64,000 nt of DNA, taken from Eledone cirrhosa (Eukaryota). Shown piece by piece: positions 52,973-64,000 of this stretch. Each line of letters opens with the position of its first letter. Position 1 is the first letter of the stretch. The stretch is from positions 60,016,001 to 60,080,000 of the forward strand of contig OZ024745.1 of assembly GCA_964016885.1 (NCBI GenBank), in the 5' to 3' direction. Both the position numbers and the translations under genes were made by a program. A model generated the notes under the pieces. The model did not search any database, had not been told where the DNA came from, and worked only from the letters and a program-made list of their open reading frames with translations.

Positions 52973-55518
52973 ACTCTGAGTGAAAACCTCGACTTGGAGT
53001 GAAAACCTCGACTTGGAGTGAGAACCTCGACTTGGAGTGAGAACCTCGACTTGGAGTGAAAACCTCGACTTGGAGTGAGAACCTCGACTTGGAGTGAAAA
53101 CCTCGACTTGGAGTGAGAACCTCGACTTGGAGTGAAAACCTCAACTTGGAGTGAGAACCTCGACTTGGAGTGAAAACCTCGACTTGGAGTGAAAACCTCG
53201 ACTTGGAGTGAGAACCTCGACTTGGAGTGAGAACCTCGATTTGGAGTGAAAACCTCGACTTGGAGTGAGAACCTCGACTTGGAGTGAGAACCTCGACTTG
53301 GAGTGAGAACATCGACTTGGAGTGAGAACCTCGACTTGGAGTGAGAACCTCGACTTGGAGTGAGAACCTCGACTTGGAGTGAGAACCTCGACTTGGAGTG
53401 AAAACCTCGACTTGGAGTGAGAACCTCGACTTGGAGTGAAAACCTCGACTTGGAGTGAGAACCTCGACTTGGAGTGAAAACCTCGACTTGGAGTGAGAAC
53501 CTCGACTTGGAGTGAGAACCTCGACTTTGAGTGAAAACCTCGACTTGGAGAGAGAACCTCGACTTGGAGTGAGAACCTCGACTTTGAGTGAAAACCTCGA
53601 CTTGGAGTGAGAACCTCGACTTTGAGTGAAAACCTCGACTTGGAGTGAGAACCTCGACTTGGAGTGAGAACCTCGACTTGGAGTGAGAACCTCGACTTGG
53701 AGTGGAAACCTCGACTTGGAGTGAGAACCTCGACTTGGAGTGAAAACCTCGACTTGGAGTGAGAACCTCGACTTGGAGTGAAAACCTCGACTTGGAGTGA
53801 AAACCTCGACTTGGAGTGAAAACCTCGACTTGGAGTGAGAACCTCGACTTGGAGTGAAAACCTCGACTTGGAGTGAGAACCTCGACTTGGAGTGAAAACC
53901 TCGACTTGGAGTGAGAACCTCGACTTGGAGTGAAAACCTCGACTTGGAGTGAGAACCTCGACTTGGAGTGAGAACCTCGACTTTGTGTGAAAACCTCGAC
54001 TTGGAGAGAGAACCTCGACTTGGAGTGAGAACCTCGACTTTGAGTGAAAACCTCGACTTGGAGTGAGAACCTCGACTTTGAGTGAAAACCTCGACTTGGA
54101 GTGAGAACCTCGACTTGGAGTGAAAACCTCGACTTGGAGTGAAAACCTCGACTTGGAGTGAGAACCTCGACTTGGAGTGGAAACCTCGACTTGGAGTGGA
54201 AACCTCGACTTGGAGTGAAAACCTCGACTTGGAGTGAGAACCTCGACTTGGAGTGAGAACCTCGACTTGGAGTGAGAACCTCGACTTGGAGTGAGAACCT
54301 CGACTTGGAGTGAGAACCTCGACTTGGAGTGAGAACCTCGACTAGGAGTGAGAACCTCGACTTGGAGTGAAAACCTCGACTAGGAGTGAGAACCTCGACT
54401 TGGAGTGAGAACCTCGACTTGGAGTGAGAACCTCGACTTGGAGTGAGAACCTCGACTTGGAGTGAGAACCTCGACTTGGAGTGAGAACCTCGACTTGCAG
54501 TGAAAACCTCGACTTGGAGTGAGAACCTCGACTTGCAGTGAAAACCTCGACTTGGAGTGAGAACCTCGACTTGCAGTGAAAACCTCGACTTGGAGTGAGA
54601 ACCTCGACTTGGAGTGAAAACCTCGACTTGCAGTGAAAACCTCGACTTGGAGTGAGAACCTCGACTTGGAGTGAAAACCTCGACTTGGAGTGAAAACCTC
54701 GACTTGGAATGAAGACCTCGACTTGGAATGAGAACCTCGACTTGGAGTGAGAACCTCGACTTGGAGTGAGAACCTCGACTTGGAGTGAGAACCTCGACTT
54801 GGAGTGAGAACCTCGACTTGGAGTGTAAACTGCGACTCTGAGTGAAAACCTCGACGTGGAGTAAGAACCTCGACTTGGAGTGAAAACCTCGACTTGGAGT
54901 GAGAACCTCGACTTGGAGTGAGAACCTCGACTTGGAGTGAAAACCTCGACTTGGAGTGAAAACCTCGACTTGGAGTGAAAACCTCGACTTGGAGTGAGAA
55001 CCTCGACTTGGAGTGAAAACCTCGACTTGGAGTGAAAACCTCGACTTGGAGTGAGAACCTCGACTTGGAGTGAGAACCTCGACTTGGAGTGAGAACCTCG
55101 ACTTGGAGTGTAAACTGCGACTCTGAGTGAAAACCTCGACTTGGAGTGAGAACCTCGACTTGGAGTGAAAACCTCGACTTGGAGTGAGAACCTCGACTTG
55201 GAGTCAGAACCTCGACTTGGAGTCAGAACCTCAACTTGGAGTCAGAACCTCGACTTGGAGTCAGAACCTCGACTTGGAGTCAGAACCTCGACTTGGAGTG
55301 AAAACCTCGACTTGGAGTGAAAACCTCGACTTGGAGTGAGAACCTCGACTTGGAGTGAGAACCTCGACTTGGAGTGAAAACCTCGACTTGGAGTGAGAAC
55401 CTCTACTTGGAGTGAAAACCTCGACTTGGAGTGTAAACTGCGACTTGGAGTGAGAACCTCGACTTGGAGTGAAAACCTCGACTTGGAGTGTAAACTGCGA
55501 CTTGGAGTGTAAACTGCG

Positions 55519-55917
55519 ACTTGGAGTGTAATGTACAACTTGGAGCATAATGTACAACTTGGAGCATAATGTACGACTTGGAGCATAATGTACGACTTAG
55601 AGTGTAATGTAGGACTTAGAGTGTAATGTAGGACTTAGAGTGTAATGTAGGACTTAGAGTGTAATGTAGGACTTAGAGTGTAATGTAGGACTAGGAGCAT
55701 AATGTAGGACTAGGAGCATAATGTACGACTTGGAGTGTAATGTAGGACTTGGAGTGTAATGTAGGACTTGGAGTGTAAACTGCGAGTTGAAATATAAATT
55801 GCGACTTGGATTGTAAACCTTGACTTGCAGTGTATTGAACAACTTGGGGTGTATACTGCGGCTTGGAGTGTAAACTGCGGCTCCGAATATAAACTACGAC
55901 TTGCAGTGTCATATATG
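55519..55917. repeat. Cassette copy 24
   Basis: +2945 bp (155 monomers). Confidence 0.95.
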
Positions 55918-58900
55918 ACTCTGAGTGAAAACCTCGACTTGGAGTGAAAACCTCGACTTGGAGTGAGAACCTCGACTTGGAGTGAGAACCTCGACTTGGA
56001 GTGAAAACCTCGACTTGGAGTGAGAACCTCGACTTGGAGTGAAAACCTCGACTTGGAGTGAAAACCTCGACTTGGAGTGAGAACCTCGACTTGGAGTGAA
56101 AACCTCGACTTGGAGTGAGAACCTCGACTTGGAGTGAAAACCTCGACTTGGAGTGAAAACCTCGACTTGGAGTGAGAACCTCGACTTGGAGTGAGAACCT
56201 CGACTTGGAGTGAGAACCTCGACTTGGAGTGAGAACCTCGACTTGGAGTGAGAACCTCGACTTGGAGTGAGAACCTCGACTTGGAGTGAGAACCTCGACT
56301 TGGAGTGAGAACCTCGACTTGGAGTGAGAACCTCGACTTGGAGTGAGAACCTCGACTTGGAGTGAAAACCTCGACTTGGAGTGAGAACCTCGACTTGGAG
56401 TGAGAACCTCGACTTGGAGTGAGAACCTCGACTTGGAGTGAAAACTTCGACTTGGAGTGAGAACCTCGACTTGGAGTGAGAACCTCGACTTGGAGTGAGA
56501 ACCTCGACTTGGAGTGGAAACCTCGACTTGGAGTGAGAACCTCGACTTGGAGTGAGAACCTCGACTTGGAGTGAGAACCTCGACTTGGAGTGAGAACCTC
56601 GACTTGGAGTGAGAACCTCGACTTGGAGTGAAAACCTCGACTTGGAGTGAGAACCTCGACTTGGAGTGAAAACCTCGACTTGGAGTGAGAACCTCGACTT
56701 GGAGTGAAAACCTCGACTTGGAGTGAGAACCTCGACTTGGAGTGAGAACCTCGACTTGGAGTGAGAACCTCGACTTGGAGTGAGAACCTCGACTTTGAGT
56801 GAAAACCTCGACTTGGAGAGAGAACCTCCACTTGGAGTGAGAACCTCGACTTTGAATGAAAACCTCGACTTGGAGTGAGAACCTCGACTTTGAGTGAAAA
56901 CCTCGACTTGGAGTGAGAACCTCGACTTGGAGTGAGAACCTCGACTTGGAGTGAGAACCTCGACTTGGAGTGGAAACCTCGACTTGGAGTGAGAACCTCG
57001 ACTTGGAGTGAAAACCTCGACTTGGAGTGAGAACCTCGACTTGGAGTGAAAACCTCGACTTGGAGTGAGAACCTCGACTTGGAGTGAAAACCTCGACTTG
57101 GAGTGAGAACCTCGACTTGGAGTGAAAACCTCGACTTGGAGTGAGAACCTCGACTTGGAGTGAAAACCTCGACTTGGAGTGAGAACCTCGACTTGGAGTG
57201 AAAACCTCGACTTGGAGTGAGAACCTCGACTTGGAGTGAAAACCTCGACTTGGAGTGAGAACCTCGACTTGGAGTGAGAACCTCGACTTTGAGTGAAAAC
57301 CTCGACTTGGAGAGAGAACCTCGACTTGGAGTGAGAACCTCGACTTTGAGTGAAAACCTCGACTTGGAGTGAGAACCTCGACTTTGAGTGAAAACCTCGA
57401 CTTGGAGTGAGAACCTCGACTTGGAGTGAAAACCTCGACTTGGAGTGAAAACCTCGACTTGGAGTGAGAACCTCGACTTGGAGTGGAAACCTCGACTTGG
57501 AGTGAGAACCTCGACTTGGAGTGAAAACCTCGACTTGGAGTGAGAACCTCGACTTGGAGTGAGAACCTCGACTTGGAGTGAGAACCTCGACTTGGAGTGA
57601 GAACCTCGACTTGGAGTGAGAACCTCGACTTGGAGTGATAACCTCGACTTGGAGTGAGAACCTCGACTTGGAGTGAGAACCACGACTTGGAGTGAAAACC
57701 TCGACTTGGAGTGAAAACCTCGACTTGGAGTGAAAACCTCGACTTGGAGTGAAAACCTCGACTTGGAGTGAGAACCTCGACTTGGAGTGACAACCTCGAC
57801 TTGGAGTGAAAACCTCGACTTGGAGTGAAAACCTCGACTTGGAGTGAAAACCTCGACTTGGAGTGAGAACCTCGACTTGGAGTGAGAACCTCGACTTGGA
57901 GTGAAAACCTCGACTTGGAGTGAGAACCTCGACTTGGAGTGAGAACCTCGACTTGGAGTGAAAACCTCGATTGGAGTGAGAACCTCGACTTGGAGTGAGA
58001 ACCTCGACTTGGAGTGAGAACCTCGACGTGGAGTGAGAACCTCGACTTGGAGTGAGAACCTCGACTTGGAGTGAAAACCTCGACTTGGAGTGAGAACCTC
58101 GACTTGGAGTGAAAACCTCGACTTGGAGTGAAAACCTCGACTTGGAGTGAGAACCTCGACTTGGAGTGAGAACCTCGACTTGGAGTGAGAACCTCGACTT
58201 GGAGTGTAAACTGCGACTCTGAGTGAAAACCTCGACTTGGAGTGAGAACCTCGACTTGGAGTGAAAACCTCGACTTGGAGTGAGAACCTCGACTTGGAGT
58301 CAGAACCTCGACTTGGAGTCAGAACCTCGACTTGGAGTCAGAACCTCGACTTGGAGTCAGAACCTCGACTTGGAGTCAGAACCTCGACTTGGAGTGAAAA
58401 CCTCGACTTGGAGTGAAAACCTCGACTTGGAGTGAGAACCTCGACTTGGAGTCAGAACCTCGACTTGGAGTGAAAACCTCGACTTGGAGTGAAAACCTCG
58501 ACTTGGAGTGAGAACCTCGACTTGGAGTGAGAACCTCGACTTGGAGTGAAAACCTCGACTTGGAGTGAGAACCTCTACTTGGAGTGAGAACCTCGACTTG
58601 GAGTGAGAACCTCGACTTGGAGTGAGAACCTCGACTTGGAGTGAGAACCTCGACTTGGAGTGTAAACTGCGACTCTGAGTGAAAACCTCGACTTGGAGTG
58701 AGAACCTCGACTTGGAGTGAAAACCTCGACTTGGAGTGAGAACCTCGACTTGGAGTCAGAACCTCGACTTGGAGTCAGAACCTCGACTTGGAGTCAGAAC
58801 CTCGACTTGGAGTGAAAACCTCGACTTGGAGTGAAAACCTCGACTTGGAGTGAAAACCTCGACTTGGAGTGAAAACCTCGACTAGGAGTGAGAACCTCGA

Positions 58901-60590
58901 CTTGGAGTGAGAACCTCGACTTGGAGTGAGAACCTCGACTTGGAGTGAGAACCTCGACTTGGAGTGAGAACCTCGACTTGGAGTGAGAACCTCGACTTGC
59001 AGTGAAAACCTCGACTTGGAGTGAGAACCTCGACTTGGAGTGAGAACCTCGACTTGGAGTGAGAACCTCGACTTGGAGTGAGAACCTCGACTTGGAGTGT
59101 AAACTGCAACTCTGAGTGAAAACCTCGACGTGGAGTGAGAACCTCCACTTGGAGTGAGAACCTCGACTTGGAGTGAAAACCTCGACTTGGAGTGAGAACC
59201 TCGACTTGGAGTGAGAACCTCGACTTGGAGTGAGAACCTCGACGTGTAGTGAGAACCTCGACTTGGAGTGAGAACCTCGACTTGGAGTGAGAACCTCGAC
59301 TTGGAGTGAAAACCTCGACTTGGAGTGAAAACCTCGACTTGGAGTGAAAACCTCGACTTGGAGTGAAAACCTCGACTAGGAGTGAGAACCTCGACTTGGA
59401 GTGAGAACCTCGACTTGGAGTGAGAACCTCGACTTGGAGTGAGAACCTCGACTTGGAGTGAGAACCTCGACTTGGAGTGAGAACCTCGACTTGCATTGAA
59501 AACCTCGACTTGGAGTGAGAACCTCGACTTGCAGTGAAAACCTCGACTTGGAGTGAGAACCTCGACTTGCAGTGAAAACCTCGACTTGGAGTGAGAACCT
59601 CGACTTGGAGTGAAAACCTCGACTTGCAGTGAAAACCTCGACTTGGAGTGAGAACCTCGACTTGGAGTGAAAACCTCGACTTGGAGTGAAAACCTCGACT
59701 TGGAATGAAGACCTCGACTTGGAGTGAGAACCTCGACTTGGAGTGAGAACCTCGACTTGGAGTGAGAACCTCGACTTGGAGTGAGAACCTCGACTTGGAG
59801 TGAGAACCTCGACTTGGAGTGTAAACTGCGACTCTGAGTGAAAACCTCGACGTGGAGTGAGAACCTCGACTTGGAGTGAAAACCTCGACTTGGAGTGAGA
59901 ACCTCGACTTGGAGTGAGAACCTCGACTTGGAGTGAAAACCTCGACTTGGAGTGAAAACCTCGACTTGGAGTGAAAACCTCGACTTGGAGTGAGAACCTC
60001 GACTTGGAGTGAAAACCTCGACTTGGAGTGAAAACCTCGACTTGGAGTGAGAACCTCGACTTGGAGTGAGAACCTCGACTTGGAGTGAGAACCTCGACTT
60101 GGAGTGTAAACTGCGACTCTGAGTGAAAACCTCGACTTGGAGTGAGAACCTCGACTTGGAGTGAAAACCTCGACTTGGAGTGAGAACCTCGACTTGGAGT
60201 CAGAACCTCGACTTGGAGTCAGAACCTCGACTTGGAGTCAGAACCTCGACTTGGAGTCAGAACCTCGACTTGGAGTCAGAACCTCGACTTGGAGTGAAAA
60301 CCTCGACTTGGAGTGAAAACCTCGACTTGGAGTGAGAACCTCGACTTGGAGTCAGAACCTCGACTTGGAGTGAAAACCTCGACTTGGAGTGAAAACCTCG
60401 ACTTGGAGTGAGAACCTCGACTTGGAGTGAGAACCTCGACTTGGAGTGAAAACCTCGACTTGGAGTGAGAACCTCTACTTGGAGTGAAAACCTCGACTTG
60501 GAGTGTAAACTGCGACTTGGAGTGAGAACCTCGACTTGGAGTGAAAACCTCGACTTGGAGTGTAAACTGCGACTTGGAGTGTAAACTGCG

Positions 60591-60989
60591 ACTTGGAGTG
60601 TAATGTACAACTTGGAGCATAATGTACAACTTGGAGCATAATGTACGACTTGGAGCATAATGTACGACTTAGAGTGTAATGTAGGACTTAGAGTGTAATG
60701 TAGGACTTAGAGTGTAATGTAGGACTTAGAGTGTAATGTAGGACTTAGAGTGTAATGTAGGACTAGGAGCATAATGTAGGACTAGGAGCATAATGTACGA
60801 CTTGGAGTGTAATGTAGGACTTGGAGTGTAATGTAGGACTTGGAGTGTAAACTGCGAGTTGAAATATAAATTGCGACTTGGATTGTAAACCTTGACTTGC
60901 AGTGTATTGAACAACTTGGGGTGTATACTGCGGCTTGGAGTGTAAACTGCGGCTCCGAATATAAACTACGACTTGCAGTGTCATATATG
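60591..60989. repeat. Cassette copy 25
   Basis: +5072 bp (267 monomers minus 1 bp). Confidence 0.95.
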
Positions 60990-62794
60990 ACTCTGAGTGA
61001 AAACCTCGACTTGGAGTGAAAACCTCGACTTGGAGTGAGAACCTCGACTTGGAGTGAGAACCTCGACTTGGAGTGAAAACCTCGACTTGGAGTGAGAACC
61101 TCGACTTGGAGTGAAAACCTCGACTTGGAGTGAAAACCTCGACTTGGAGTGAGAACCTCGACTTGGAGTGAAAACCTCGACTTGGAGTGAAAACCTCGAC
61201 TTGGAGTGAAAACCTCGACTTGGAGTGAGAACCTCGACTTGGAGTGAGAACCTCGACTTGGAGTGACAACCTCGACTTGGAGTGGAAACCTCGACTTGGA
61301 GTGAAAACCTCGACTTGGAGTGAATACCTCGACTTGGAATGAGAACCTCGACTTGGAGTGAGAACCTCGACTTGGAGTGAAAACCTCGACTTGGAGTGAG
61401 AACCTTGACTTGGAGTGAGAACCTCGACTTGGAGTGAAAACCTCGACTTGGAGTGAGAACCTCGACTTGGAGTGAGAACCTCGACTTGGAGTGAGAACCT
61501 CGACGTGGAGTGAGAACCTCGACTTGGAGTGAGAACCTCGACTTGGAGTGAAAACCTCGACTTGGAGTGAGAACCTCGACTTGGAGTGAAAACCTCGACT
61601 TGGTGTGAGAACCTCGACTTGGAGTGAGAACCTCGACTTGGAGTGAAAACCTCGACTTGGAGTGAAAACCTCGACTTGGAGTGAAAACCTCGACTTGGAG
61701 TGAGAACCTCGACTTGGAGTGAGAACCTCGACTTGGAGTGAGAACCTCGACTTGGAGTGAGAACCTCGACTTGCAGTGAAAACCTCGACTTGGAGTGAGA
61801 ACCTCGACTTGCAGTGAAAACCTCGACTTGGAGTGAGAACCTCGACTTGCAGTGAAAACCTCGACTTGGAGTGAGAACCTCGACTTGGAGTGAAAACCTC
61901 GACTTGCAGTGAAAACCTCGACTTGGAGTGAGAACCTCGACTTGGAGTGAAAACCTCGACTTGGAGTGAAAACCTCGACTTGGAATGAAAACCTCGACTT
62001 GGAGTGAGAACCTCGACTTGGAGTGAGAACCTCGACTTGGAGTGAGAACCTCGACTTGGAGTGAGAACCTCGACTTGGAGTGAGAACCTCGACTTGGAGT
62101 GAGAACCTCGACTTGGAGTGTAAACTGCGACTCTGAGTGAAAACCTCGACTTGGAGTGAGAACCTCGACTTGGAGTGAAAACCTCGACTTGGAGTGAGAA
62201 CCTCGACTTGGAGTGAAAACCTCGACTTGGAGTGAAAACCTCGACTTGGAGTGAAAACCTCGACTTGGAGTGAGAACCTCGACTTGGAGTGAAAACCTCG
62301 ACTTGGAGTGAAAACCTCGACTTGGAGTGAGAACCTCGACTTGGAGTGAGAACCTCGACTTGGAGTGAGAACCTCGACTTGGAGTGAGAACCTCGACTTG
62401 GAGTGTAAACTGCGACTCTGAGTGAAAACCTCGACTTGGAGTGAGAACCTCGACTTGGAGTGAAAACCTCGACTTGGAGTGAGAACCTCGACTTGGAGTC
62501 AGAACCTCGACTTGGAGTCAGAACCTCGACTTGGAGTCAGAACCTCGACTTGGAGTCAGAACCTCGACTTGGAGTCAGAACCTCGACTTGGAGTGAAAAC
62601 CTCGACTTGGAGTGAGAACCTCGACTTGGAGTGAGAACCTCGACTTGGAGTGAAAACCTCGACTTGGAGTGAGAACCTCTACTTGGAGTGAAAACCTCGA
62701 CTTGGAGTGTAAACTGCGACTTGGAGTGAGAACCTCGACTTGGAGTGAAAACCTCGACTTGAAGTGTAAACTGCGACTTGGAGTGTAAACTGCG

Positions 62795-63193
62795 ACTTGG
62801 AGTGTAATGTACAACTTGGAGCATAATGTACAACTTGGAGCATAATGTACGACTTGGAGCATAATGTACGACTTAGAGTGTAATGTAGGACTTAGAGTGT
62901 AATGTAGGACTTAGAGTGTAATGTAGGACTTAGAGTGTAATGTAGGACTTAGAGTGTAATGTAGGACTAGGAGCATAATGTAGGACTAGGAGCATAATGT
63001 ACGACTTGGAGTGTAATGTAGGACTTGGAGTGTAATGTAGGACTTGGAGTGTAAACTGCGAGTTGAAATATAAATTGCGACTTGGATTGTAAACCTTGAC
63101 TTGCAGTGTATTGAACAACTTGGGGTGTATACTGCGGCTTGGAGTGTAAACTGCGGCTCCGAATATAAACTACGACTTGCAGTGTCATATATG
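62795..63193. repeat. Cassette copy 26
   Basis: +2204 bp (116 monomers). Confidence 0.95.
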
Positions 63194-64000
63194 ACTCTGA
63201 GTGAAAACCTCGACTTGGAGTGAAAACCTCGACTTGGAGTCAGAACCTCGACTTGGAGTGAGAACCTCGACTTGGAGTGAGAACCTCGACTTGGAGTGAA
63301 AACCTCGACTTGGAGTGAGAACCTCGACTTGGAGTGAGAACCTCGACTTGGAGTGAGAACCTCGACTTGGAGTGAAAACCTCGACTTGGAGTGAGAACCT
63401 CGACTTGGAGTGAAAACCTCGACTTGGAGTGAAAACCTCGACTTGGAGTGAAAACCTCGACTTGGAGTGAAAACCTCGACTTGGAGTGAGAACCTCGACT
63501 TGGAGTGAAAACCTCGACTTGGTGTGAGAACCTCGACTTGGAGTGAGAACCTCGACTTGGAGTGAGAACGTCGACTTGGAGTGAGAACGTCGACTTGGAG
63601 TGAGAACCTCGACTTGGAGTGAAAACCTCGACTTGGAGTGAAAACCTCGACTTGGAGTGAGAACCTCGACTTGGAGTGAGAACCTCGACTTGGAGTGAAA
63701 ACCTCGACTTGGAGTGAGAACCTCGACTTGGAGTGAGAACCTCGACTTGGAGTGAAAACCTCGACTTGGAGTGAGAACCTCGACTTGGAGTGAGAACCTC
63801 GACTTGGAGTGAAAACCTCGACTTGGAGTGAAAACTTCGACTTGGAGTGAGAACCTCGACTTGGAGTGAGAACCTCGACTTGGAGTGAGAACCTCGACTT
63901 GGAGTGAAAACCTCGACTTGGTGCGAGAACCTCGACTTGGAGTTAAAACCTCGACTTGGAGTGAGAACCTCGACTTTGAGTGAGAACCTCGACTTGGAGT
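62795..64000. repeat. Start of super-repeat unit 4 (cassette plus block A)
   Basis: Matches 1312-2517 at offset 61,483 (TCAG, GGTGTG, AACGTCG x2, AAACTTCG, GGTGCG, AGTTAA, CTTTGAG in the same order). Confidence 0.85.

Larger units (their letters stand above)
41459..62794. repeat. Third-level super-repeat unit 3 (21,336 bp; A, B, C, D, E, F, expanded G, I-derived)
   Basis: Same marker order as unit 1, with matching cassette subtypes at matching positions. Confidence 0.8.
1..64000. repeat. 19-bp tandem satellite array, consensus ACTTGGAGTGARAACCTCG, about 3,368 head-to-tail monomers, running off both window ends
   Basis: Monomers start at 1+19k up to about 57970 and at 19k after it (e.g. 1255, 7924, 41041, 58197, 63992). 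Two dominant variants, GAGAACC and GAAAACC. No inversion or non-satellite insert seen. Confidence 0.99.

Noticed and set aside
1035-63188. Long minus-strand ORFs (up to 966 aa) as protein-coding genes
   Set aside because: They overlap in all three frames with the same 19-aa repeat, follow from a stop-free 19-bp monomer, often start at non-ATG codons, are broken arbitrarily by point variants and show no recognisable domain.
1-64000. CRISPR array
   Set aside because: Repeats are directly head-to-tail with no unique spacers, leader or cas genes. The intervals between cassettes are themselves satellite.
1-64000. Synthetic construct, encoded data or pure assembly artefact
   Set aside because: Nested shared variants, chimeric blocks and private mutations look like natural satellite evolution. 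Local misassembly remains possible and needs read-level checks.

Overview
The whole 64 kb window is one uninterrupted, single-orientation satellite array of about 3,368 monomers of 19 bp (consensus ACTTGGAGTGARAACCTCG, R = G or A). I see no unique sequence, credible protein-coding gene, RNA gene, transposon or CRISPR array, and the organism cannot be identified from the sequence (a eukaryotic satellite is the likely inference). The array has three nested levels. (1) The 19-bp monomer, with a binary G/A polymorphism at position 12 and rare marker variants. (2) Twenty-six near-identical, AT-richer cassettes of usually 21 diverged monomers (399 bp), recurring every 66-267 monomers and ending in a 20-bp near-palindrome. 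(3) A super-repeat in which recognisable inter-cassette block types recur in the order A-B-C-D-E-F-G-(H/I). The 19-bp register holds across the window apart from one 1-bp deletion near 57970. About 29 'empty-site' junctions join the cassette's left and right flanking monomers with no cassette between them. The ORFs in the track arise because the minus strand of the monomer has no stop codon. Counts and coordinates were read by eye and checked with 19-bp phase arithmetic and the ORF track.
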